In this document: piece by piece, positions 1-13,200 of the stretch
How the letters are laid out: each line of letters starts with the position of its first letter
Position numbering within the stretch: the first letter of the stretch is position 1
From: Phoronis australis
Lineage: Eukaryota > Animalia > Phoronida
Length of the DNA stretch: 64,000 nt
Reading direction: 5' to 3'
Assembly (NCBI GenBank): GCA_002633005.1
Contig: NMRA01000321.1
Span: 447,131-511,130 of the forward strand
Position numbers and translations under genes: made by a program
The notes under the pieces: generated by a model
What the model was told of the DNA's origin: nothing
Databases searched by the model: none
The model's input: the letters and a program-made list of their open reading frames with translations, nothing else

Positions 1-412
1 AACTTTTGAACAATGTTTTCAGTATTCTGCTTCTCGTTATTTCTGCTGGGTGTGCAACAAAATTGGGCCATTTACCAAACAGGTATAAGCAGAAGTTAGA
101 TTTAGTGATAAGATAAGTGTTATCGAACAAGTCTTGACATGCAGCTGAAAAGACTAGAGCTGGTTTGAGGTCTAAGAGGATGCCACAACCATATTTTGCA
201 AAAAATGACCTCTTCGGATGCCTTTCTTTGTTTACTTTGGTTGGTTTATTCTGGTTGGGATGACTGGCATCCCACAATTGCGACAGATCTTGCACATATA
301 TCCGCTTGTTTGTGCAAATGTCTATTGGACTGACGAGAACGAAGATGACGAAGGAGACATCACACTAAGTACATTTGCTGTGGTTGCTCGTGTCACTGTT
401 GCGACAAGGCCT

Positions 413-528
413 ACAGCTAGGGTCACACGGCTAGGGTCACACAGCTAGGGTCACACAGCTAGGGTCACACAGCTAGGGTCACACAGCTAGGGTCACACAA
501 CTACTAGGATCACACAGCTAGGGTCACA
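413..528 (+). repeat. 14-bp minisatellite (cacacagctagggt)n
   Basis: About 7-8 tandem units are directly visible. Confidence 0.95.
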
Positions 529-1224
529 AAGGCGCAAGGAGTAATGAATAACCAATCTCGATTGCCACTGACTCGGATGTCGTCAGTACGCGTTGATAAA
601 TCTATGACGTCGTAAAGGGAACCGGTTGAGCAAAGACTCTGAAGGAAACCGCGGCCCAGTAAGCCCCAAAATCGGCAGTCTGGTCCACGGCACACATGTG
701 TTTCCCTTTCTTGGTTGCGTCGCGTGATCTCAGCCACCTCCAGTCTGTTTAGTTCTCTTTCTGAATCCAGTTCACCAGGTTTGGTGAATTGAATAATCCA
801 AAGACCAGTTTGTTTGTGCAACTAGTTCGGCAAGGGGTGTTTAGTTTGCATACGCTTAAGTTTACCTAGTTGTAAACAAGGTATTCTATATTTAAGCTAT
901 GCACACGCGTTAAATTAATTATACACGTACACGTAGAAGCGTATTTAATGACAGAAATACCGTCCTTGTTTTCAGCGAATGATTGGCTCACAGCAAAAAT
1001 TGTCGATTTGTAATGAAATGAAAAAAAAACAACGGGTTGTATCGGACATTTTATGCTCTAGTGGTCAAACCGAATAATTTCAACTGAAAATTCTAATCAC
1101 ATTCAACGAAAGTCTCAATGTTGTGACGTTTGCACTCGTCGTTGAGCAGGTATGTACGGTGACCAAACATCTGTCGGCAGATGACATGTGGGAAGAAAAA
1201 TGTTGATGCTTTCGGAAACCTACA

Positions 1225-1289
1225 TGAGTCACCACTCCTGTTGTTTAACTGGGATTTTCCTTGACGTCACTTGACCTTTGGGAAATTCC
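1225..1289. promoter_or_regulatory. AP-1/kB/CRE/kB motif cluster
   Basis: TGAGTCA 1225-1231, GGGATTTTCC 1251-1260, TGACGTCA 1262-1269, GGGAAATTCC 1280-1289. Confidence 0.55.
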
Positions 1290-2352
1290 TTTTCTCCCGG
1301 TTTGATGATTTCTTTGTTTGCGTCGTTGTAATGATGGAACCTGTTATGTCGGTCGTAGGAAGAGCGTTTTTCAGCTAATCAACTGATTACAATACACCGT
1401 TGAGAAAAAAGGAGGTCTGGGAAAAACAAATTTAGGTCTACGAATGTAGCCAGGTGTAACGTATAACACTGAAGAAAGTCCAGATCCGAAATTACCATGA
1501 CTGTAAGTATCGTTAGCCTTAGTAATCGGATTCCCTGATCGCGGAGTATTGGAGACACGAGGGACAACTACATGCAGTGAACAAAGATCCGTAAATGGGC
1601 AAACAAAATTGGATTGTTGGCTCTATCCGTGAGTCACCGTAGGTGCGGCGTGAAAACCTGCCAGACGAGATGGGAAGTGCCAACAAGATGATGCCCGCAC
1701 AATTCACCGTGAAGGGCATATAGAATTGCAACCCGTCTATAATTATATTTACATGCATAAAGGCAGATATAGGTATATTATATCGGAACGGGAAACGAAG
1801 AAGTTCAATCACGCAGAGAGGAGCTCAAAACGTGCCGAACGGCTCTCGACTCAAGATCACCACGCAAGGTCTTTGCGGAGTAACCATATGCAAAGCCTCA
1901 CGAACGCATCCGAGGAGAATGCATACTATTAGTTTTAGAAGCAAATCTCCTGGTCTGGATGGTATTTTTCAGGGTTGTTTTGGCCAGAGCTGGGGCGTTA
2001 GGAGGTCACCTTATTTCACAGTGACATTAGCCCACTTCTATGTTAGTCGAACCGAGTGCACAGTGGGATACAACCAAACCACTCCCAGGACGATTTTCAA
2101 AAAACACCGTCATACATTACTTACAGTACTTACGTCCAAAAGTGACTATGAAAACCTCTTCGGCACGGTGATTTAAATACTCAGCTTTCAATTAATGTGG
2201 TCGTCTCGGCCAATGGCAATAGGGGCCTGCGCTGCCTTGCGGTATCATACGGATCATATCAACGTACGCTCGAGTCATAGCGAAGCTGATTGGTTAACGA
2301 TGTGGCTCAGACAGCGGCTGCCGAGACTGACGAAGCCTATTGATTACATCGT

Positions 2353-2389
2353 GGGTTTTTCCGTTCTCATAAAGAACGAAAAGTGAAAC
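2353..2389. promoter_or_regulatory. kB-like site next to an IRF element
   Basis: GGGTTTTTCC 2353-2362 and GAAAAGTGAAAC 2378-2389; CCAAT boxes near 2210 and 2288. Confidence 0.45.
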
Positions 2390-3469
2390 ACCCAGTCACA
2401 AGCCCATGTACACTGAACTTCGCAAGTTCTGTGACTTTGAAATGTTATGGTGTAATCTACTCTGATTTTTCTAAAGCCTGGTTGCCTGGATGATTTTTGA
2501 CATACACGTGTACAGTATATTTCTACAATGGGAGCGTATGGCTAAGTAGTTTGATTCGAAAGGTGTATTTAGATAGGCAACTGACTACACAAGGAAATTT
2601 TCTAAAAATTCGGCTGATTAAATAGCTTTCATTACACATGCTGAACATATGTAGGTCGTATGTGAGCGACGGTGGATAGATTGCAAGTCTGATAAGTCGC
2701 CCATCAAAGTATTACAAGGTCGTTCTTCGAATCAGCGGACCTTGCTCATTTTTCCTTTAGGGGAATATTTTTATTTACCTTTCATTTGAGACACAGCCCA
2801 ATGCATTCATCAACCTAACAAATGAAACGTTTCAACTGAATCATCGACATAAAAGATCCCCTTCGCTTCCCGGACTTTCAAGCTCAGTTCAACAAACTCA
2901 GTACAACAAGTGTTCGAGGTTCAGCGTCAGCCGTCATTAGTAAACTAATATTTAATCGTGTTTTGAACCAAAAAAGTCTCGTTAAAGATGTTTTTTGTGA
3001 AGCACGAGCATTTAATGTGTACACATCATCTGTTTGCATTTTCATTCTTCCATAGTGGACGCAGTCTATACAACGAGTTTAACACCGCCAGTTTTCTGAT
3101 TTAGTTTGCTAGACCAAGATCTTTTTGTTTGCACGTTTGCAGAAAATTTCCAGTGACGTCCCTGGAAAACTCAAAGGGTATCGGCCTATTTCATTGCTAT
3201 TTGCTTTGCATTAGCGCTCTATAGATAATTCAAAGTTGTTATCTTTATCCTAGCTTTATCTTATTGATAAATGTGAAACTTGGCAATCGTATTACTAAAT
3301 TACCGTGGTCATAGGAAAAACCCAGTGTGTCGGTTAAAGAGCTTTAAGGTTAATAGTTTAATTGTTGGGAAAACCCAACTATCACAACCAATATAGTCTA
3401 TAAAGTGATATCAGCAATAACACCTTGTCCCGGAATTGCAATTAACCTGTGTATTTCGTCAGAAACAAC

Positions 3470-4470
3470 TTTATTTTTTTATTTTTTAATGTAATATTTA
3501 TAATGAGGGTAGCCCCATCAGTTCACACTACTTTCCATGGGGGCCTTCAGTAAAAAACAAACATATAAGAAGACAAAAACAGAATTACAAAATGAAAAGC
3601 AAATTTAAGTAATAAGCAAACAATAAGAAATTAACACGGAAAGACTGATGAAGCAAAATGAAAAATAAAATATGATAAACAGAAGATAAAGAAATTAAGA
3701 CAAAATAATTAACTAAAAAATAAATATGAATATGAAAAATTAAAAACAGACAATAAATAATTGATAAAAGTAAGATATTATATAAATAACAAATAAATAA
3801 ACATGCAATTCTTAGACACTACATGAAGTTAAATCTATTTCTTATAATTCTTTTAAAGGTTGGAAAGGATGATGTAGATTTGGCATCTGTAGGGAGAGAG
3901 TTCCATGAAAAGGGCCTGCTGAAGGAATAATGATTTTTCCCAGTTTCGCTTCTGCGTTTAGGAAGATTGAAATCAAATGATGATGAGAACCTAGTATTGT
4001 AGGGATTAGCAGTCATCTTAAACTTAGCACATATGGTGGAACAAGACCTTTAAAACATTTGTACATACAACAAGCAGATATGTGTAGGAAATGATGTTTT
4101 GAGTGGATTTTCATTATACCAGTCTCTTTATGAAGGTTTTCGATGTTAATATCTCTAACACCAGCTCCCAGAATAATCCGGGCAGCTCTATTTTGGATAA
4201 CCTGGATGGTTTTCATACCCTTGCCTGATGCAACACCCCACACTGGGAGGAAATAATCTAGGTGAGGTTGAATGATAGCATTAAAAAGGGTTTTCAGTGT
4301 TGCTCTGTTAACAAATTTACTGCTGCGTTTCAATACGCCAATTTTCTTAGACACCTTTTTCGAGATATAATCAACGTGGTGAGAGAATTTAAGATTTTGA
4401 TCAAATATAAGTCCCAGATATTTAAAGGAATTGACGTTCTCAATTGGTCTCAATTCGATTAAGGCCACAC
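3470..4470 (-). mobile_element. 5'-truncated non-LTR retrotransposon (CR1/L2-group) 3' end
   Basis: Frameshifted ORFs 4468-4013 and 4016-3819 contain FKYLGLIFDQNLKF, PHLDY..VWG, IQNRAARII and WNSLP. An AT-rich 3' UTR and an A-rich tail near 3470-3490 follow. Confidence 0.85.
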
Positions 4471-7400
4471 AGCGTTATCAAATCGATCTCTTTTCTATTT
4501 ACCCTTTTTGTTCTATTTTCAGATTAGTTTTTGTGTTTGAGAAGAAATGACGTTTTGTTATTTCTATCAAACTAGCTCATTGAATTTACTTGGCAACAAG
4601 CGTTATTTACGGCAGCCGTTGGAACAAGACAGCCCTCAATTATGCAGGTATCCTGTAACTAAACCTTGCCTTTCATTCACAGATTAAAAGAACGCGTTGG
4701 CGATTTTTGTAAGAGCATGGGTGCCTATGACTAAACAACCATTTATTGACGTATTGCACAAACGCCAGTATCATGCAGAGTAAACAAATGTCTCTTGTAT
4801 GAAGTTGCTTTTGAGCGCCAGTGCTGGGTTGGATGAAACTTTATTTTATCCGCTGGATAAGTTTGATTCTTGCATGACATCAAACACAATGTTCATGCAA
4901 GAATCCGTATATTCCTACAAAAGCATCCTGCCACCTGACCCGCTATGGGGCAAAAAGGAAGACCAAAAAAGCTGAACCATAGGTCCCATGAGACTTGAAG
5001 AGTTTCAAAATTCATTTTTGCTTTCTCTTAAAAATTATATTTACACACAAATGGTCACCGGCCCAATAGGGCTTTACACAAGAAATTAACAAAAATAAAA
5101 CACCCGCAATATGGATGGTCATAACAGTTTCCTTCCGTTCTCCACGCAGAACGTAGTGGAAATGTTCTACCGCAAGCAGGGATTTTCAAACCCGACTCGA
5201 ATGTAGGCTGACATGGGCCCCTTTCATCCGCTCCCTTTAGTTAATGATGAATGGTCACGTGCAAACGAATCAATTACCACTCTAATTTATTCCATCATGG
5301 TTAAAACATTCGATGAATGGACACTGGCGCAATCAATTACTACTCCATGTAGGACGTTTTTTGTCGAAGAATCAATTGGATTCCTTCAGGATAAAAACAT
5401 CTGAAGAATGAAGAATCAATTACTAGTCCGGGTAAAAACGTTTTCGTTGAAGAATCAATTCGTTCACATCGCGGTTAGAACGTCTTCGGCCAGAACTCGG
5501 AAATTTAGTCTCACCCACTTAGACGCACTGCCGCTCAAGGGTTTATTGATGTATGTTGTGTGTATTGCTCAAAGCTCAACAAATCCATGGCATATTTTGT
5601 GGAACTAAGTGGTGCTCCAACGGACTGATAGTGCGACATCGCTAGGCACTCAGCAAAAGATTCCTTGCATTGATCCCAATTCTGACTATACATGTACTTC
5701 TCCCATTCTCGTGGTACCTGACCTGAGTGAGAACCTTGAACACTGAAGCGGTAGTATTTCAATAACGTATCACTAAACGTTCATCACAGAACGATAAAAG
5801 TACTAGTAATTATGATAACAAGAATTTGCAGCCGCTATAAAAATTGTCTAGTAAATGGCAAGATAACTTAGAAAACTTATTTCCAGTTGTCTACTGGACT
5901 TAAAACCCTTCACACCATGGCCATAAGTATTTAAATTCAGTTACTAGCAATTTTGGTATGATATTTTAAATATTTCTTCATCTATTTGTAAACTTCTGAT
6001 CCTGAAATAGATCAAAGATTATAAATTAAAAAAATTGTGTGATGTCATCAGTGGAAGTCAAGTCGCCGCCATCGTGTTATTTTTATCAGTCGTCGGTGAG
6101 CCTCGGTGTGGTCTCGAAAAGAGCTGAATATTGCCTGAGACTCGTTACGAAAAGTGTGTGCGGAGGATGTACTAATACCAATCGGATAGAAAATCGCTCA
6201 GAAAAGGCACAGGTTCGTGCTACGGTCCGAGTATGACAGTTCACGTACACCGACCAGTTCAGTGGCCACGTAGCCCATTTTAAAGAATCGTGCTTCGACT
6301 TGTGGCAGAAACTGAGACTTGATGGAGGTTTCTCCAACATGGAAATGCGTTTGATGGACAAAAACAATGTGTTGCGTTACACCGATGCATCGAACGTGGT
6401 TCTGAGTCAGGCATATATTGAGTGATCCCTAGTTTTAATTAGTCCGACCGTCAGCACGTGCAGCACAGTGGTTTTGGAACAGACAACAAAGAAACGACTG
6501 TTATTTACCACATGTGAAATCCACGGTTAGCGTCACAATAATTAGATATGGTGGTTCCTGATAAACGCACTCGACATTCGAAGAAATCAGGTATCAACAT
6601 GGCTGCTATTCGCAACTGGTCTTAAACATTTGGGGTAAAGGTTTGGGTTATAGATTTACAATTTGTGCCATATGTATATTGCTAAACACTTAAGTGCACA
6701 GCAAATTAAAACGTGATTCAATAAAAAGGTGAAAATGTCTGCTCTGAAATTTGGGACTGTCTGCAGACAGAGTAGGCTCCGACTCGGCTTGACTCGCCGC
6801 AGACGATGGTGCGGGAAGGTCGAGTTGGTACATTGTACATTTGCACGGCCTCAAAAAGGGTAAGTTTGCCGAAATGAGGAAGTCTAACTCATTGCCTGTT
6901 TCACCTATGGCCCGAGTGTTGTCCTTACCTCTATCTCCATCACCTGAATTTAAATTACTCTTCCAGCTCGCTCTTTAAGTCTTTGTACTCTCCGTCATTG
7001 CATACTATATTGTCAACTGGTTTAACGCCTTCCATTGATGACATGTGGTGCGAAACGAAAAAAAAAGTTTCTTTAAAATTCAAAATCCTTAATTATTTCC
7101 AAATACATGTAAGTGCCTCTTTAGTTACTAAAGGTTTCGTGTTATAGAATTATTTTACGCGGTCAAAAATAAGTGCAAAATCCATTGTAGGGATGCTCAA
7201 CGTTTGTAGTGATGCGCATGCGTCACGTGATCAATACTGTAAAGATGATGCAGCCTGTTTCCAGCTACGTTCTGTTGATCCAAGATAGAGTCTCGAGAAG
7301 AACTACATGTAGTTTGACCAGGTGCTTCGCTTGCAATGCTTGGCGATACCTCGGTAAGAATTGTTTTTTGTCTATTCTACAAGCCTGCGCTTACAGAACG

Positions 7401-8244
7401 CAGCCCCTAGAGTTCATTAAGAAGAACGAGTTACGTATATGGGTGAATTGACCCACATAGCCTCATGTCTATTAAGCCAATTTGGAAAAAAAGATATGGG
7501 CCCAAGTTCAACTTTCTGTTCTCTTTCGCTTCCAATTTTAATGGGCCCATTGGCCCGAGGTAATCAATCACTAGTTCGTCATTGAAATCATTTTTGCGCT
7601 TTCGACGCGAGAACGCTCATAAAATTGTCATCCTTGCTGAGCCCTAGAAACAGGCATTTACATCACGTCTCGTTTACGGTCTGCAGAAGATTAGGCTTTA
7701 CCTGGAACGCATGCTCACATTTCCATCCTCGAACGTTACATGTATACTTTTGACTTTCGACGCCATTTTGTCGGGTATGTAAATATCAACAGATCGCATC
7801 GCTTGGAGAATTCGTGGATAAAGGCCAAGAAGGCCACAACTGCAATTTTTACAGTTGTAACTGCAGGACGAGGACGTATAAGATAGAGTGGCTGTAGCCA
7901 CTGCTTAGATTCGGCAGCTGCAGGGGGCGCTGGAGAGAAAAAAGGTGTCACGGTGGACGTGACCATGGATTTAGAAGAGACACATTTAAAAACGTTTGTT
8001 GTCAAAATTGAAATGAATAAAAAATTATCACTGACAAACATACCTGAGCATCATAGCAAATACATGTTGACGCTTAAACTCGTAAATACACATTCGCAAA
8101 TATTATGTAATACCTGAATACATTTATGCAAGATTATTGGGTATACAAATAAATAAAAATACTTTTTTAATATAACTAAACGATACCAGGGTACAGTGTA
8201 GTGTATATGAAGATAAAAAATATATAATGCTATTCCTACTAATG

Positions 8245-8380
8245 CATGGGCGGTGCAGCACTGAAAAAAGTGGGGGGGGACTAAAGCCCCTCAGCCCCCC
8301 TGTGGTGCATCGCTTATAGCAGGGTAGCTCTGGAAAAGTGGGGCTATAGCCCCCCAGTCCCCTATGGTGCGCCGCCCATG
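8245..8380. mobile_element. small MITE with CATGGGCGG termini
   Basis: TIR CATGGGCGGTGCA / TGCGCCGCCCATG; a related fragment lies at ~25553-25616. Confidence 0.65.
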
Positions 8381-9977
8381 TAATATCAAAGACAAGTATT
8401 AGGAATGAAGTATGGTTTAAACAAGTAGTCATTTTCCGATAATGCTACAACGAAGCAATACATTTCGCCTTGATACTTTGAGAAGGTACAATTTTGGCAC
8501 ACGTACAGTTATTCATAAGTAAAGTAATAACCATGTACTTGGATATATTCAGGACATTGCAATGTCCTGCTGTTTCCAACAGTTTGTTTCACCATGTACT
8601 ACAGAAACAAATCATGGAATTTAAGCCATTGCTCATGGCATGAGATCTTCGAGCAAGTAATACATGTACATTCACCTCGAGTAGAGTATTAAAGGCTATT
8701 ATCGAGATAAAACAATCGTTTATGACAATTCTTCTTCTTTATCCTACATCGTCTACAATAAACGTGTTCATAGTTCAAATCAAACTTAAATATAAGACAC
8801 TAGATGTACATGGCGAGGACGGGTTATTACCTTTTTGCTACCAGTATAATTTAACGTAGCATCAACTCACCACTTCAAATCGTTTACAGTCTCTCACAGC
8901 CACTTACATGTCTGCTTTAGGCCACTTCCATACATTGTGTAATATTCAAATTCTGATGCATGACCCATACATGACCACTTTTCTTCAGCACCGTCTTGGT
9001 AGTGTACATGTACTTATAGTGAAAACTTGAGCAAATAATTGCAAAACTTCTTGCGCATTTAACAAAGCTTTATCTTGTCTACAGTCTGGAAGTGACATGC
9101 CGAGCACTTGTTAAATATTTGAGGCAAAGACCACTTTTGTTGAAAGCTCACTTGTCGTGTTGAAGTTTTTACTATTTTGATGACAATTCGTAGCGTCCAC
9201 GGACAGGATAACACGTGATAAGAGGATACTTGTAATTGTCAATTATTAATATTCCGTTGGAATTAAGGTATAAAAATTCATTTTTATCTTCATTTTATTA
9301 GGTGATACTTAGAAACATTCAGCGACAAACTAATTGTTTCAATGCGAAATCTAAGTTTAAATCTGCAGGTACATGTAGTTGCCACTTGTTAACTAACGAT
9401 TCTTTCCAGCGATGACATCGGTTTTTGAAGCCGAGGAAGTTAACCTCTGCAAGGTGTTCGCTATTTTCACTGCACCCCGAAACATTAAGTTGTTCCCATT
9501 TTCACTGCACCCCGATACATTCGTTGGGTACCAAATGTACTGCATTCGAACAGACACCTTACGGCGGAGTTGGTGGCATTGGATAACTACACATCCAACC
9601 TAAAATATACCTGCTCTTGTGGAGACCAAGTGCGGGGCGGAACGAGCATGAACGCGTAACAGCTGGATACACGGGATTTTATTTTTAAGTTGAGAGCAGA
9701 TCATGTTTTCTCAGAAACATCACTTCAAGTTCATGAGCGACATTGTTAGAACTGGACGAGTTTTAACAAATTTTAAAACGCTGAATGCCCTCCTCCGGTT
9801 ATGAAAAAATAGTGTCTGAAATTAACAGAAGTGATGTTACTTACGTCACTGGTGTATGAAATGAGTGTAACTAGGAGGAGGCAAATGTCGAGATACTCGT
9901 CATTTCAAGTCACGCCGTTACAACTTGTATATGAGAGGGGAATTTCCAAAAAGACATGATCTGCCATCTACCCGTGG

Positions 9978-10262
9978 TCAGTCGCAACACATGTCAACAT
10001 GTGTCATGAACGCGTGGTCTTTATCAGCGGGGTACAGGCGCCCACAGCGAGGACACTCCAGGTTCTCATCCGACACATGTTTGGTCGAGGCCTCTTTGGG
10101 TTTCTCCATCTTGCGAGGAAGTGACGCGATGCCGGGTCTGATTTCGCCAAATCCATTGCCACTCTCATTGTTACCTTTAACACCGTCAATGACCAGGTCA
10201 TAGGCAAAGGCGTCGGCAACGTCTCTGCCTCCGAATCCACGGGCGACCAGTTCGTTATTGTA
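9978..10262 (-). CDS. TNIP2: TNIP-like terminal exon with NEMO-type CCHC zinc finger
   Basis: gttgtag|TACAAT; ends ENLECPRCGRLYPADKDHAFMTHVDMCCD-TGA; minus-strand AATAAA near 9677-9682. Confidence 0.92.
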   Translation of the reverse strand, partial: YNNELVARGFGGRDVADAFAYDLVIDGVKGNNESGNGFGEIRPGIASLPRKMEKPKEASTKHVSDENLECPRCGRLYPADKDHAFMTHVDMCCD

Positions 10263-13200
10263 CTACAACAAAATATAGACGCATGTTTTGAGCATTCTGT
10301 TGTAGACGGAGTGAAGTATGACATTGATTGAACGGAGATCATGATTCACAGTTATCACAACCACTCATATAAAAGAGGCGAGAAAATGGCACGGGAGCAT
10401 GTCAGAACTTTACATTAATTATACAATTACACGTTTCAGTTAATTCATTGTTGTTCGTATTGTAAGGCTGGGAAGATTATGTGTTGCCAAAGTATGCCCT
10501 GTTCTACCAGGATGATTAGCAGACGATTGATTATTTTGCTACTCACCCCGTACTCTTGTTGGTACCGATTAAGGGACACTTGTCTACGTCCGTAAGAGGT
10601 TCTCCGATCTGGCTGAAGATAGGCGAGTTGGTCCTTTAGGTGTTTATTCTCAACTTCAAGTGCCGCGATCCTTTCATGGGCCTTCTCACGGTCTTGTCTT
10701 TCAAGCTCGAAATCGTCTGTGCAGCTCTGAATTTGTGCCTTGAGGAATTCTATAAAAACACTTGAATACTAAAGTACGAAAACGACCATTGCTACTTCGT
10801 CTACTGGAAGGTCATATACGTTGTTAACAAGGGCATTATTGCCAATGATTGATCAAAACGTTAGATGTCCTCCGGAAAAACCAGTTAGAATGTAAAGAAT
10901 TCAACAGAACAAACTCTCAATTTGAAAACATGCACGAAAGCCTGTCCATTTTAAAGATTTATTTTGGCGAGAAAAGTGATTTTCCAGGATTAGAATCAGC
11001 GCGTTATCGAGCCTGGATCCACAGGGTGCCAGTCTAACGCTCTGCTGGTGCAGATGATCCCTAAATGGCAGAGCATTTTAAACGTACAGTTCACAGATAA
11101 AGTCATCGACCTTGCTTTCAGTGAACGGTTGGATGATAACGACAAGAATTGGAAATTTATACTAAAATATTAAAATCGACGGATTTTTAAGTTAATAGCA
11201 TCAAATAGTCAATACATCCACCACCAATAATTCCAAAAATATGTTTTTGACTCTAATGTCGCTTTAACGGCATGGCTCCACAAGAAATGTAATTTTAGGA
11301 AATTAGCAGCACCGTATCAAACTGACAAGGTTCGTAGTAGCACGCGAACGACCTGCCGCGGAGCCAAGTCTCACGTGTTAAATACCCCAATATGTTAAGC
11401 ATGTTTATATCGAAAACATGCCGTCCTTGATTTCAGCGAATGCGACATAAACTGTACAACGCAAGACTGGCAATTTGTAATAAAATCACAAAAACAAGAT
11501 CGAACAAAATGCGTTTTTTTCCATGAGACCGATGATGTCCCCTAAAGCGAAAATAAAAAGTATCGATGAAGCCTCCTGACTCACCAATATGTTCCTTGTC
11601 CTCGGGCCGGCTCTCCCCGCCCCCACCAGCCTCCAGTAGAGTCTGCAGGCGCCTTTTCTCATCCTCCTCCTGTTTAAGCGCCATCTCTAGGGCTTTATTC
11701 TCACTGAGCACCTGAAAAGTCACGTTAAAATAATAAGTGATTCTCTGTTCCGGACAGAGAGCTGAGCGTAGCCGTTTGTCCGCAGTACATGGTAAGCGAA
11801 TAACAAGAAACCAATTTACAAAATTAGTCATACAATGTCTATCAACTCTGGAAAGTTTTAAAGTGAACCAGCCGTTCTTAGAAAGCCGTACATGTACATG
11901 CAATTGGAGATCAGGACAACCTGATGCCACTTTATAACTCCTACTGTTTCCACAACCGTGCCAAATCCTAAAAATCTCAGCGCATTATACATGTATGCTT
12001 TGCTCATCTATTACTCCACTAGGTGGCAAACCTATAACGGGTGAACTTGATTTACTTCGCCGGTTCAGCAGTGTGAACCGGCTTAGACATCTGTTTGGTT
12101 TGCATCCAAAAGTCGCCATCGGGAACCAATCATGTAGAACCTCACTAAAAACAAGATTTTGCGAGATTACGTTAAAAAATACCGTGTGTGGTATTTTAAA
12201 TGAGAACACTTGATTTTGGCTAGATTTTAGCGAGGTCCTAGCTTGAGTCCGGTGTTAGTCATCAATCGCGGACGAATACGGAACTCTGACTCACATTTTC
12301 CTTTTCTTCCCGTTCTTCTTCAATTCTTTTTTTGGCTTGCAAGAGCAACTTGTCAAATTGTCTCTGGTGCTCTTCTGATGGAACTACAACAGACAATCAG
12401 TACAGTTTCAAATTGAATTTTATCGTTCTTTATTTTTTTAAAGCGCGTCACGCAAACTCAAGGTACTCAAGGAAGACATTGATCACAAAACCAATAAGGG
12501 ATATAGATCAGGGAGTGTAAACGATTTTATGGCCACGTCAGTTAATTCCAGCTTCGATCGTCTGTACCCCAGCGCTGAACCTTCAAGGAACTTGGGTACG
12601 CATGGCATGTAACCGCGAATCTCAACTGCACCCACGCATGCTCAGAAAGTGCTCCATACCCAGGGACTTTACTCCAGACTTGGACAGTTGGTACGTTAGA
12701 GGAAATTGGTTCCCGTGTTTGGCCACTATGTATATGTTTGGAGTGGTGCCATTGTGTCGAGAGTTAAGTGTTTCCTGGTCGGGACTGAGGTTCAGGAGAC
12801 CAGTGACCTCTCTAGAGGCGATGCCACAGGATCGTTTCCGCTACATTTTCCTTAATCCTGCCCCTCCACGCTATCACAGCGGTAGGCCTACACTTGTACA
12901 GCAGGGCGGATTATACTGTACTTCAAGACATGAGATGTGTCCTGCATTGAAAAAGTCCATTCATTGGTTTTTGTTCATGGTTTGACTGCAATCGTTTTCT
13001 CGTGAAAATAATAACGCATTTCACTTAAAATATGTTTGAGAATTACACTCTTAGTGATATTCAAGTATTGCAATTCTTCAACACATTGGCCCACACAAAT
13101 TTGCAAATTGATATTCCAAAAACAAGTACTGAGTAAATTGCTTGAAAATTCCGCGAGTGTACATGTATAAGATGCTGAAACAATGGAATTCAATATCATA

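Noticed and set aside
1832-2176. NGSRL as a Helitron/PIF1 helicase motif
   Set aside because: No other helicase motifs are nearby.
6920-7766. minus-strand ATG exon MASKVKSIHVTFEDG with donor
   Set aside because: Downstream candidate exons contain stops; no coherent gene could be built.
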